A stretch of DNA of 60,546 nt, counting the filler, from Basidiobolus meristosporus CBS 931.73 (lineage: Eukaryota > Fungi > Basidiobolomycota): NCBI GenBank assembly GCA_002104905.1. It is 3 parts of 3 records of this genome, joined end to end, with 100 filler letters (N's around TTAATTAATTAA, not from the genome) between each part and the next. Parts side by side here need not be neighbours in the genome. Positions count along the whole stretch, not along the records: positions 29,536 to 60,546 come from MCFE01000843.1; 2 more parts are not named here. One strand, 5' to 3'. Numbering within the stretch: the stretch's first letter is position 1; every line of letters begins with the position of its first letter. Below are positions 50,105 through 60,546 of the stretch, in pieces. A model generated the notes under the pieces. The model searched no databases, was not told the DNA's origin, and saw only the letters and a list, made by a program, of their open reading frames with translations. Position numbers and translations under genes: made by a program.

Positions 50105-50451
50105 TGTTGTAAGAGTCTTGAAGATATTGGAAGTAATTGGGAGAATAAGTAGATTATGCGGTTTGCACTTAATGCTTTATTGAATGTGAAAGTAGTATTT
50201 GTACTTTTACATGGTCTTGGCATAACAAACACTTAGAATAAGTTTAGGAAGGTCCCAAGAGCATGTGCGCAAAGCTTGGCTGTTCAAACAACTTATCCAA
50301 TCCTCATGTTCTGGATATCTGATATTTTGGTGAAAATATTCTAAGTAAATCCCAATAAAGAATGTGGTCAGTATTCTCTAGAATTTAAAGGTGATGATCC
50401 AAGTGACTAAGTTAGGTGAATATTTAGGTTGAATTATAAATTTTTACAAAA
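50105..50451 (-). repeat. Family-B LTR in antisense orientation
   Basis: Reverse complement of 55506-55855; adjacent to an inverted GAG-pre-integrase fragment (~50452-50535); no TSD found. Confidence 0.85.
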
Positions 50452-52619
50452 TTTTTGATCATCTTGCTAAAATAATCAAAATTGATGTGTGCTGTTCTCC
50501 TATGCCAAAGCATTGGTGTTTCTTCATTTTAGTAACCCTCCTACAGATGTAGGAGAAGAAGCCTCAGTGTACCATAAGAGAAAACAAAGTGTCTTTGCTA
50601 CATTTGCCTCACTGGCAAAGACAAGTTACTGATTCCATACTTAAGAGCTTAATTGAAAAAGAATGCCTGGAATGCATTGGAAGTTACCTACCAGTTATGC
50701 TCAGCTGCAAAGAAAATGTGTCTTAGACAAAAATTGTGTCCTACAACAATGCTGCCTGGAGCAGAAATGACAAATCTTTTGAAAAGAATTACTCTGTTGG
50801 TTAATGAGATGCATTTAGTTGGCATAATAACTGTTAATAAAAATGTGATAGTTACCCTCCTGAATAGCCTGACAGATAGGTTTCAGGCCCTTGAAGTAGG
50901 CCTAGAGTCCAGAGCAAAGATCTGACCTTAAATTATATATATGCAACACTCCTGGATGATGAATCAAGAAAATCAAGTGCCAATTCAAAGGAAAATATCA
51001 ATGCTTTAATCAGCAATGATAACCTACAAAGGAGGTACTCAAGACCCTTTAAAGACAACAGCAATCTCTTTTACTGCTACAGCAAAGGAAAGGACACTTA
51101 TTAGACTGGTGCCCCAAAAAGAGCAATAGTCAGCAGAAAAAGCCTTAATATGAAAATGCTGTGGCAACTGAAGATAGACTAGTCATATCAGAGCAAGATA
51201 CAGCCACAAACAAGGATTCTCAGATGTGGCATACTGACACTGGAGCATCTCAACATGTTACACACCAATATGGACTTTTGCTAAATGTCATGAAACTCTA
51301 ATAATGAAGGTTTTCATGGTGACAGTAGAACACTTGATGCATCTGGATAGAGGACTATCCAATCAACCTCAGAAGAAGTAAAGGAAGCAACACACTTTCT
51401 TTCAAGGTTGTACTCTATGTAAGTGAAATTGCCTTAAACCTGCTATTGGTGAGCAAGGCTATGGAGGGACTCAGTTTCATCAGTTCTAGTTGTAGGATCA
51501 TTGATCAAAAAGGTGCACATATTGCCTCAGGTGACCGAAATCAGGATCCTTACAAGATGACTTATATTCTGTTATATCTAGAAGCCTATGTAAGGAGCTT
51601 AAATGAAGAAGAATCAATGCTTTAGTGTTGGAGATTTGCACATAGCAATCTACATTACTTGCACAAAATAATCAAAGACTAGCTAAACCCTGGAGTAAAA
51701 GCTGATCCCCTAGCTAATTTAGAACAGTGAGAAGTGTACACATATTGCAAACAGACCAGACAACCATTCAAGAGCCCTGGGTGAGTCAAAACTAAGAAAA
51801 GATTAGATCTAACTTGCTCAGATCTGTGTGGACCTATGCAAGATTAATTCTGAGGCAGAGTGGTATACCTGATCATATTTGATGATGATGATTATACATG
51901 CTACACATGGGTCTATCTCATGCAGAGATAGGAAGAAGCTCTGTTGAGTAAGCCTCAAACCCTTCATCCACTTCTGCAAACTTGAAGGAATAAAGAAAAA
52001 TATTACTGTACTACAGTCCCCACAGTAAAACAGAGTGTGCAGACATGCAAATAGATCAATAATTGATCTGGCAAGATCTATGATCCATAAACAAAAAATA
52101 TCCTATGATTATTTGGTAGATTCAGTAGCTAAAGCTGAGTATCTCAATAACAGGAGCTATGGCTGAATACTTTGTGATTATGCTACATTCAAGATATGGG
52201 ATGAATACAGACCAAGTGCAGAGCACATAAGAGTATTTGGCTACAGAGCATTTTGAAGAAACTGCCCAGATATCAGCCAAAATTTGAGTTAATATACTAA
52301 AAATATATATATTTTGCTTACTGCAACAGGAGTAAGCCATTCAGACTCTTTAGTACCAAAGCACTGAAGCCAACTAAGTATAGGGATGTCTAGTTTGATG
52401 AATTATCAAAGTTCTCACAAAGATGACATTCTATGATGACTGAGTTCAAACCTCAAGTCCACCCATACTCAGGATTGAATCTGAGCAAGACAACATGAGT
52501 TTTTTCTCTTCAGAGCACTCTATAGTTATTATTCAGACTGAATCAGTGCACAGGAAAATTTCAGAAGTGGTTATTTCAGTATCACAAGGCAGGAGATCCA
52601 ACTGGACTAGATATGCTGC

Positions 52620-54250
52620 AATATTCTGAGGAGAACTGGAAGTGCTGTGGAGGCCTAGTGGATATACATGTCACTAACTTGTAGATTTATTCATCAAAGG
52701 TATGGTACTTAAGTTTTGGATAAAGTAGGATAAATAAATGTGTAGACCTTGCTATCAAAGGCCCCAAGACTATGTGTGCAAAGTCAGGGGTCTTTTAGGT
52801 AACTTTGAGAAAGGTTATAGTCTGGGTACCTGATATTTGCTGTAATTATTAAGTTATCTCCAAAGTATTCACACCAGCTTAGTCACATAGATCTTATTCA
52901 GTGATCAGCATTCTGCTCTGACCAAATTTATTGTTGGGATTTACTTAGAATATGATCACCAAATTATAAGGAACCCAAATTATGATCTTTCTCAAAGTTG
53001 TCCAAAAGCCCTCAAATTTTGCACACATATTCTTGGGACCTTCCTTAATTAGCGCTACACATTTGCTTGCTCTACTTTATCAAAAGTATAAATACCATAC
53101 TTTTGATCAATAAATTTTCAAGTGAATAACATGTAAATCCTCTAGTTCTCCACATTGCTTCCAATAATCCTCAAAATATTGCCACAGGTTATGAGCCCTA
53201 AGATTGCTGTGCACTTGATGGCAACTTTGCTTTGGATCTTTTTCTGCCAGTCTGGACAAATTCCTTCCAAACTAGTGGTCTACCCTTGTCATAGTTATAC
53301 AAAAGACCCCAAGCTTTGCAAACAAATTCTTGGGACCTTTGTTAACAAGCTCTACATGTTTGTTTGCCTTGTTTTATCAAAGTACAAATGCCATACTTTT
53401 AAGTAATAATTCTATAAGTTGATAATGTTGTAAGAGTCTTGGAAATATTGGAAGTGATTGGGAGTACAAGTAAATTATGTTGTAAAAAATTCGTATTTCC
53501 ACCTAAATATTCACCTAACTTAGTCACTTAGATCATTACCCTCAAATCCTAGAAAATACTGATCAAATTCCTTGTCGGGATTTACTTAGAATATTTTCAC
53601 CAAAATACCAGGTACCCAGAACATGAAAATTCTCAAAGTTGTCCAAACAGCCCCAAACTTTGCACACATGTTCTTGGGACCTTCCTTAACCTATTCTACG
53701 TGTTTGTTATGCCAAGACCAAGTAAAAGTATAAATACCACTTTTACATTCAATAAATCATTAAGTGAAAACCACATAATCGACTTGTTCTCCCAATCACT
53801 TCCAATATCTCCAAGACTCTTACAACAAATTATGTGGGCTTCACTTCATGATTTATAAAATGTAAAAGTAGTATTTATACATTTACATGCTCTTGGCATA
53901 GCAAATACATAGGATAGGTTTAGAAAGGTCCTAGGAACATATGTGCAAAGCTTGGGGCTGCTTGGACAACTTTGAGAGTTTTCATATTCTGGGTACTAGA
54001 TATTTTGGTGAGAGTTTTCTAAGTAAATCCCAACAAGGAATTTTTTCTGTATTCTATAAGATTTATAGGTAATGATCCTAGTGACTAAGTTAGGTGAATA
54101 TTTAGGTGGAATTACAAATTTCTTCAATATAAAATATATAAATCCTCTAGTGCTTCACATCACTTGCATTACTCCTCAGAATAGTGCAACAATAATTTGG
54201 TGAAAATACTCAAAATAAGTCCTAAGCATATATTAGGTCAGCACAGAATG
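52620..54250. repeat. Cluster of at least 5 B/B'-type LTR pieces in alternating orientation
   Basis: Inverted piece ~52622-52840; plus LTR to 53186 with PBS at 53187; plus piece ~53260-53425; inverted LTR 53426-~54129 containing solo LTR 53478-53827. Confidence 0.8.
53478..53827 (+). mobile_element. Family-B solo LTR
   Basis: TGTTGTAA..TTACAACA with TSD AATTA (53473-53477, 53828-53832). Confidence 0.93.
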
Positions 54251-55505
54251 TTAATCACCTAATAAGATATATGTGGCCGACTTAGCAAGAATATTAAGGT
54301 GCCAACTTAATAATTTCAACAAAAAATAGCCTAAATTACTATATCTATGAGGGCACAAACTAAGCCTATGCCTGTTCAGTACATATTTACAGACCCCAGA
54401 CTGTAAATGAAGCCCTAAATAGCCCTCTGACAAGGTTTTGGAAATCTGCAATGACTGAGGACAATGAGGTCCTGATGAAAAATCAAACATGGGGCTTGGC
54501 TGAATTACTGATCAGCCAAGAATCAATTGGATACACAGGGGTTTTCAAGACAAAATAAAAGGCTGATGGCACAATTGAAAGATTCCAAGCAAGGATTCTT
54601 GCTGGAGGATACTCTCAAACAAAAGGACTGGACTACACTGAAACCCTTGCACTTGTAGACAAGCTTAATTTCATCAGACTAATATTATCTGTTGCAGCCA
54701 AATATAAATTTATTATTCAACAAATGGATGTAAAAGCAGCATTTCTGGGTGCAGAACCTGGTAAGGATGTGTACATGGACCAGCTGGATAAGCTTGTTGA
54801 CTAAGATAACCCCCATTTGTATTGTAAGCTTAAACAATCACCAAGAGCCTAGAATTGCAAGATAGATTCTAATTTGGAATCTTTAAGGTTCCACAGAAGT
54901 ACTGCTGACTACAGTATTTACTATAAGCCCAACAGAGCAAATCCAGCTCAATTAGCTCCATATGTAAATAATATTAGTTTGGCCACTAATAACCAGGAAA
55001 CATTGGAAGTGACTAAATCCAGCCTATCTCAGGAGTTAAAGATGTCCAATCTAGGAGAGCTCAGTTACTGCTTAGGGATAAAGCTTTTCATACAGAGAAG
55101 TACCAAGACCATCATGTTGAGGCAATCCAAGTATACTCAACATATACTTAAGGAGTATCAAATGATAGACTGCAAACTTGCAGCTACCCTAATCAAGAAA
55201 AACCTTAACTTGGTCAAAACTCAACCAATTCAAGAGAGCTTGGTGCCATGTGAAAACTCAAGATTCCCTTACCAATCTATGGTCAGCAGTCTGTTGTATA
55301 TTATGCTTGGATCATGTCCAGATTTGTCATATTTAGTGGGAGTTGTCAGTGAGCACAATCAGAACTTTGTATTTGATTATGTTGCAACAGTTAAGCAGAT
55401 TCTTAGATACCTAAAAGGAACTGCTGATGTCTGCTTAAGGTACACTTATAAGGATTCAGAACAGGATCTTGTGGGATACTTTGATGATGATTGGGGACAG
55501 AATTT

Positions 55506-58500
55506 TGTTGTAAAGAATTTGTATTTCCACCTAAATATTCTCCTAACTTAGTCACTTAGATCATCACTTTCAAATCCTAGAGAATACTGACCAAATTCCT
55601 TGTCGGGATTTACTTAGAATATCTTCACCAAAATACCAGTTACCCAGAACATGAAAATTCTCAAAGTTGTCCAAACAGCCCCAAACTTTGCACATATGTT
55701 CTTGGGACCTTCCTTAACCTACTCTACGTGTTTGTAATGCCAAGACCAGGTAAAAGTATAAATACTACTTTTACATTCAATAAATCATTAAGTGAAAACC
55801 ACATACTCTACTTGTTCTCCAAATCACTTCCAATATCTCCAAGACTCTTACAACAGGTTATGAGCCCCAAGCTGTCACTCTCTGCAATGTCTACTACTGC
55901 TATTACTGGAATTTTTCCCTCTGCTGAAAAGTTGGATGGATCTAACTACCAAGTGTGGAAGGTGAAGATGAAGATGCTGCTACAAGAAAGAGGCCTTTGG
56001 GATATTGTCATGGGAGAAGAATGCCCTCCTAAAAACATGGGAGAGGAATCCTTAAAGTACCAGAAGAAAGAACAAAGTGCCTTTAACTGCATTTGCCTTA
56101 ATGTCAAGGACAAATTGCTAATTCAATGCTCAAGAGCAAAAACGGCAAAGAATGCCTGGAAGGCATTGGAAGACACCTACCAGTCATGTTCAGCTGCCAA
56201 GAAAATGTATCTGAGACAAAAATTCTTTACTACAAAGATGCTGCCAGGAGAAGAAATGAAAAATATAAATACAGAATTACCCTGCTGGTAGATGAGATGG
56301 AATCTGTGGGCATACCAACTACTGATGAGGATGTGATAGTTACCATCCTGAATAGCCTGACAGACAAGTTTCAGGGCCTTGTATCAGCCCTAGAGTCCAG
56401 AACTGAAGATTTGACCTTAAATTACGTATATGGAAGGCTCCTGGATGAAGAATTAAGAAAATCAAGTGCCAATAAGAAGGAAGAAGAAAATGCTTTATTA
56501 AGCAATGATAACCAACAAAGGAGGTACCTAAGACCCTACAAAGGCAACAGCAACCTATTTTGCAACTACTGCAAAGGGAAAGGACACACATCAGACCGGT
56601 GTATCAAAAAGAGAGATTATCAGCAAAAGAAGCCTGAATATGGAAATGCTGCAACAACTAAAGATAGACTATTCATATCTAGACTAAATATGACCACAAA
56701 CAAGGATTCTCAGATGTGGTATATTGACTCTGGAGCTTCTCAACACTTTACACACCAGAAAGAACTTTTTACCCAATATCAAGAAATTCCAATTAGGAAG
56801 GTTTTCATGGGTGACAATAGAACACTTGATGCAGTGGGAGAAGGAACTATCCAAGTAAACCTTAGAAGCAGTGAAGGAAGCCATACACTGACCTTTAAAG
56901 AAGTACTCTATGTACCAGAAATAGCCAAGAACCTACTCTCTGTAAGCAAGGCCACAGCAGAAGGACTCAGTTTCAGTTTTGACAATCCTGGATGCAGGAT
57001 CACGGATCAAAATGGTGCTCATATTGCTTTGGGCATCAGAGATCAGAATCTATACAAGTTGACTTATATTCCATCATATCTGGAAGCCAATATAAGTAAC
57101 TTAAATGAAGATGTTGTAAGAGTCTTGGAGATATTGGAAGTGATTGGGAGAACAAGTAGATTATGTGGTTTTCACTTAATGATTTATTGAATGTAAAAGT
57201 GGTATTTATACTTTTACCTGGTCTTGGCATTACAAACATGTAGAATAGGTTAAGGAAGGTCCCAAGAACATGTGTGCAAAGTTTGGGGCTGTTTGGACAA
57301 CTTTGAGAATTTTCATGTTCTGGGTACCTGGTATTTTGGTGAAAATATTCTAAGTAAATCCCGACAAGGAATTTGGTCAGTATTCTCTAGGATTTGAAGG
57401 TGATGATCTAAGTGACTAAGTTAGGTGAATATTTAGGTGGAAATACAAATTTTTACAACAGAAGAAACATCAATGTTATGGCACAAGAGATTTGGGCACA
57501 TCAATTTTGATTATTTGATTATTTACGCAAAATGATCAAAGATCAGCTAATTTCTGGAGTGAAAATTGGTCCCCCAGCTAATTTGGAGCACTGTGAAGCC
57601 TGCATATATGGGAAACAAGCCAGACAACCATTCAAGAGCTCTGGGTTAATCAAAACTAAGAAAACATTAGATCTAATTCACTCAGATCTGTGTGGACCTA
57701 TGCAAAATTTATCCTTAGGCGGGATGAAGTATTTAATCACTTTTATTGATGATTATACAAGATACACATGGGTCTACTTCATGGAGAGAAAGGAAGAAGC
57801 TCTGTCTAAGTTCAGGGAGTTTAAAGCCATGGTGGAGAGAGAAACTGGTGAAAAAATCAAGAAAATAAGCTCTGACAATGGTGGAGAATATACCTCAAAA
57901 CTCTTCATCCACTTCTGCAAAATTCATGGGATAATGCAAGAGACTACTGTACCATACTCCCCACAGCAAAATGGAGTAGTAGAACGTGCTAACAGATCAA
58001 TAATTGATATGGCAAGATCTATGATCCATGATCAAAAATTATCCTATGCTTTTGGGCGGAAACAGTTGCCACTGCTGTATATCTTAAAAATAGGAGTTAT
58101 AACAGAATAGTTTGTGATTCTACTCCATTTGAAGCATGGTATGGATACAGACCAAGTGCAGAACATCTAAGAATATTTGGCTGTACAGCATATGCCAAAA
58201 AACGGGCCGGAAATCAGTCAAAATTTGAGCCAGAAAGTGTAAAATGCATATTTTTGGGCTACTGCAATGAGAGTAAGGCATACAGACTCTACAATACCAA
58301 AGCAAAGAAGCTGATCAAGTCCAGGGATGTGTTGTTTGATGAAAATTCAATATTTTCACAAAAAATGACATCAGATGATGACGAAAATTTGATCTCAAGT
58401 CCACCAATTGTCAGGATTGAATCAGAGCAATGCAATGAAAATTTTTTCACTCCAGAGGACCCTACAACCGTGGTTCAGCCAGAATCAGTGCCCAGGAATA

Positions 58501-60121
58501 TCCCAGAAGTGATCATTCCAGTATCAAATGCCCGGAGATCAAATTGGACAAGAAATAGCACAAATTACTATATCAATGAGGGTACAAACTTAGCCTATGC
58601 CTATTCAGTCCATATTGATGAGCCCCAGACTGTAAAAGAGGCCCTAAATAGCCCTCAGACAAAGTTTTGGAGATCTGCAATGACTGAGGAATATCAGGCC
58701 CTGATGGAAAATCAAACTTGGGACTTAGTCAAATTACCAATCAGCCAAAAATCAATTGGATGCAGATGGGTCTTCAAGACAAAATACAAGGCTAATGGTA
58801 CAATTGAAAGATACAAAGCAAGACTTGTAGCCAAAGGATACTCTCAAACAAAAGGACTTGACTATACTGAGACCTTTGCACCGGTAGCCAAGTTTAACTC
58901 CATCAGATTAATATTGGCTATTGCAGCCAAATATAAGTTTTTTATTCATCAAATGGATGTAAAAACTGCATTTTTGAATGGAGAACTTGATGAGGACGTG
59001 TATATGGACCAGCCTGATGGGTTTGCTGACCAAGATAACCCCATTTGGTCTGCAAGCTTAAAAAGTCACTATATGGTCTCAAACAATCACCAAGAGCCTG
59101 GAATTGAAAGATAGATTCTTACTTGGAATCTTTGAGTTTCAAAAGGAGTAATGCTGACTATAGTATATACTATAAGCCAGATAGAGCAAATCCAGTTCTA
59201 TTAGCTCTATATGTGGATGATCTTATTATAGCCGCCAATAACCTAGAAACATTGGAAGAGACTAAATCCAGCCTATCTAAGGAGTTCAAGATGTCCGATC
59301 TAGGAGAACTTAGTTACTACTTAGGGATTAAGTTCTCCATAGACAGAAGTACCCAGACTATTTCCCTAAGCCAATCCAAGTATATTCAAGATATACTAAA
59401 GAGGTACAAAATAGAAAACTGTAAACCGGCAGCTACCCCAATGGAGACAAACCTTAACTTGGTCAAAACTCAACCAAATCAAGAGAGCTTGGTGGCATCT
59501 GAAAGCCCTGACTTTCTTTATCAGTCTAAGGTCAGCAGTTTTATGTATTTTATGCTTGGAACATGTCCAGATATCTTATATTCAGTGGGAGTTGTCAGCC
59601 AACATAATCAGAATTATGGATCTGATCATATTGCAGCAGTTAAGCGGATTTTTAGATACCTAAAAGGAACTGCTGATATCTGCTTAAAATACACTTATAA
59701 GGATTCAGTACAGGATCTTTTGGGATACTCTGATGCTGATTGGGGATGAAATTTGGAAGACAGAAGATCCACCACAGGATACACCTTTCTTTACTGTAAA
59801 GGAGCAATTTCATGGAATTCAAGAAAGCAACCAACCGTAGGACTTTCCACCACAGAGGCAGAGTATATGGCAGCCTGTGAATCTACAATGGAAGTAATGT
59901 GGTTAAGAAAGCTGTTTACAGACTTAGGCCTATGTCAAAAAATGCCTATTACTCTATTTCAAGATAATCAAGGATGTATATAATTAGGTAGAAATCCAAC
60001 TTTTCATGCTAGAACCAAGCACATAGATATTAGACATCATTTCATATGTGAAGCTATAGAGAATAACTTAGCTTAGTTTACTGTCCTACAGATGAAATGA
60101 TTGCAGACATATTTACCAAAC
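55506..60121 (+). mobile_element. Younger copia B element, interrupted in RNase H; 3' end not in window
   Basis: 5' LTR 55506-55855; PBS at 55856; gag with CCHC and protease (to 57111); integrase 57532-58110; RT 58254-59749; RNase H 59753-60121; a few frameshifts/stops. Confidence 0.95.
57112..57460 (-). mobile_element. Family-B solo LTR inserted antisense into its own family
   Basis: 349 bp; TSD GAAGA (57107-57111, 57461-57465). Confidence 0.95.
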
Positions 60122-60546
60122 TGTTGTGCATCAACATTTAAAACTTTGCCAATTTTACTCCGTTTGAAAATCTAGTACCCTAACTGATTTTCCCTAACCC
60201 AAACATAACAAATCCCAGTTACAGTTTATTTGATCCCACCTCAGAATCTATTTTTAGCTATCACACCTGATCTATTTTCAAATGGTCATCACATTATCAA
60301 CCTATCTGCCAAGCCTTCCCAGATGATTAGTCATCTGAGATCTATCCAACCACTGTGCAGTTGCCAAGACATCAGTTGATTGATGATGTAATTTTCATTT
60401 ATCTTATGCACTTATAAACACCCAAATTGATTTCAATCAATCCAGTCCCTTGGCGCTTACTAATTCAACTTGATCAGAAAAGTATAAATAAAGTGTACTG
60501 AACCTTTTGGTTTAGTGTGTGTCTCAACGAAATTAAGATTCTGTCT
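60122..60546. mobile_element. Probable start of a fourth LTR family inserted in RNase H
   Basis: Homology to copia RNase H stops at ADIFTK, followed immediately by TGTTGTGC.. sequence unrelated to LTRs A-C; the other end is outside the window. Confidence 0.6.

Larger units (their letters stand above)
49686..55505 (+). mobile_element. Old, heavily decayed copia B element with multiple nested LTR insertions
   Basis: LTR remnant to 49990; PBS remnant GATTATGAACCC; gag/protease/integrase remnants 50530-52620; RT remnant 54350-55505 (ORF 54874-55551). Confidence 0.85.

Noticed and set aside
55728-55870. ORF starting inside LTR B (MFVMPRPGKSINTTF..) in frame with gag, also seen at 57036-57239 and 20167
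   Set aside because: Its ATG lies upstream of the LTR's probable TATA (GTATAAATA), so it is unlikely to be in the mRNA; recurrence just reflects LTR identity.
60122-60140. Three insertions fall in or next to copia RNase H (2704, 55506, 60122)
   Set aside because: Different families and positions; the number is too small to claim a hotspot.
1-60546. CRISPR arrays, rRNA or tRNA genes
   Set aside because: No regularly spaced repeats or RNA-gene signatures seen; the PBS motifs are only complementary to tRNA.

Overview
Eukaryotic DNA, almost certainly fungal. Short 55-67 bp GT-AG introns and the gene set suggest an early-diverging, TE-bloated genome such as Zoopagomycota/Entomophthorales; that taxonomy is inference only. 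The window is three contigs joined by 100-bp artificial linkers. Two CpG-depleted repeat blocks (1-27.6 kb, 49.3-60.5 kb) consist of nested Ty1/copia elements (families A and B), a ~1.07-kb LTR family (C) with 4-bp TSDs, and gypsy RT, CACTA transposase and probable LINE remnants. They flank a CpG-normal gene island (27.6-49.3 kb) encoding a mitochondrial carrier, a FAP1/NFX1-like 3' end, an alpha-arrestin, a Gly-rich secreted protein, a C2 protein, a secreted PEBP, UBE2S, FAH and two identical secreted Ig-like proteins. Most notable: (1) an 890-bp-arm palindrome carrying the divergent secreted-gene pair, identical over the genes and divergent only near the spacer; (2) family-C LTRs that appear to insert at CCGG-like sites and carry heat-shock-element arrays; (3) stepwise CpG erosion readable directly between repeat copies. 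All alignments were done by eye.
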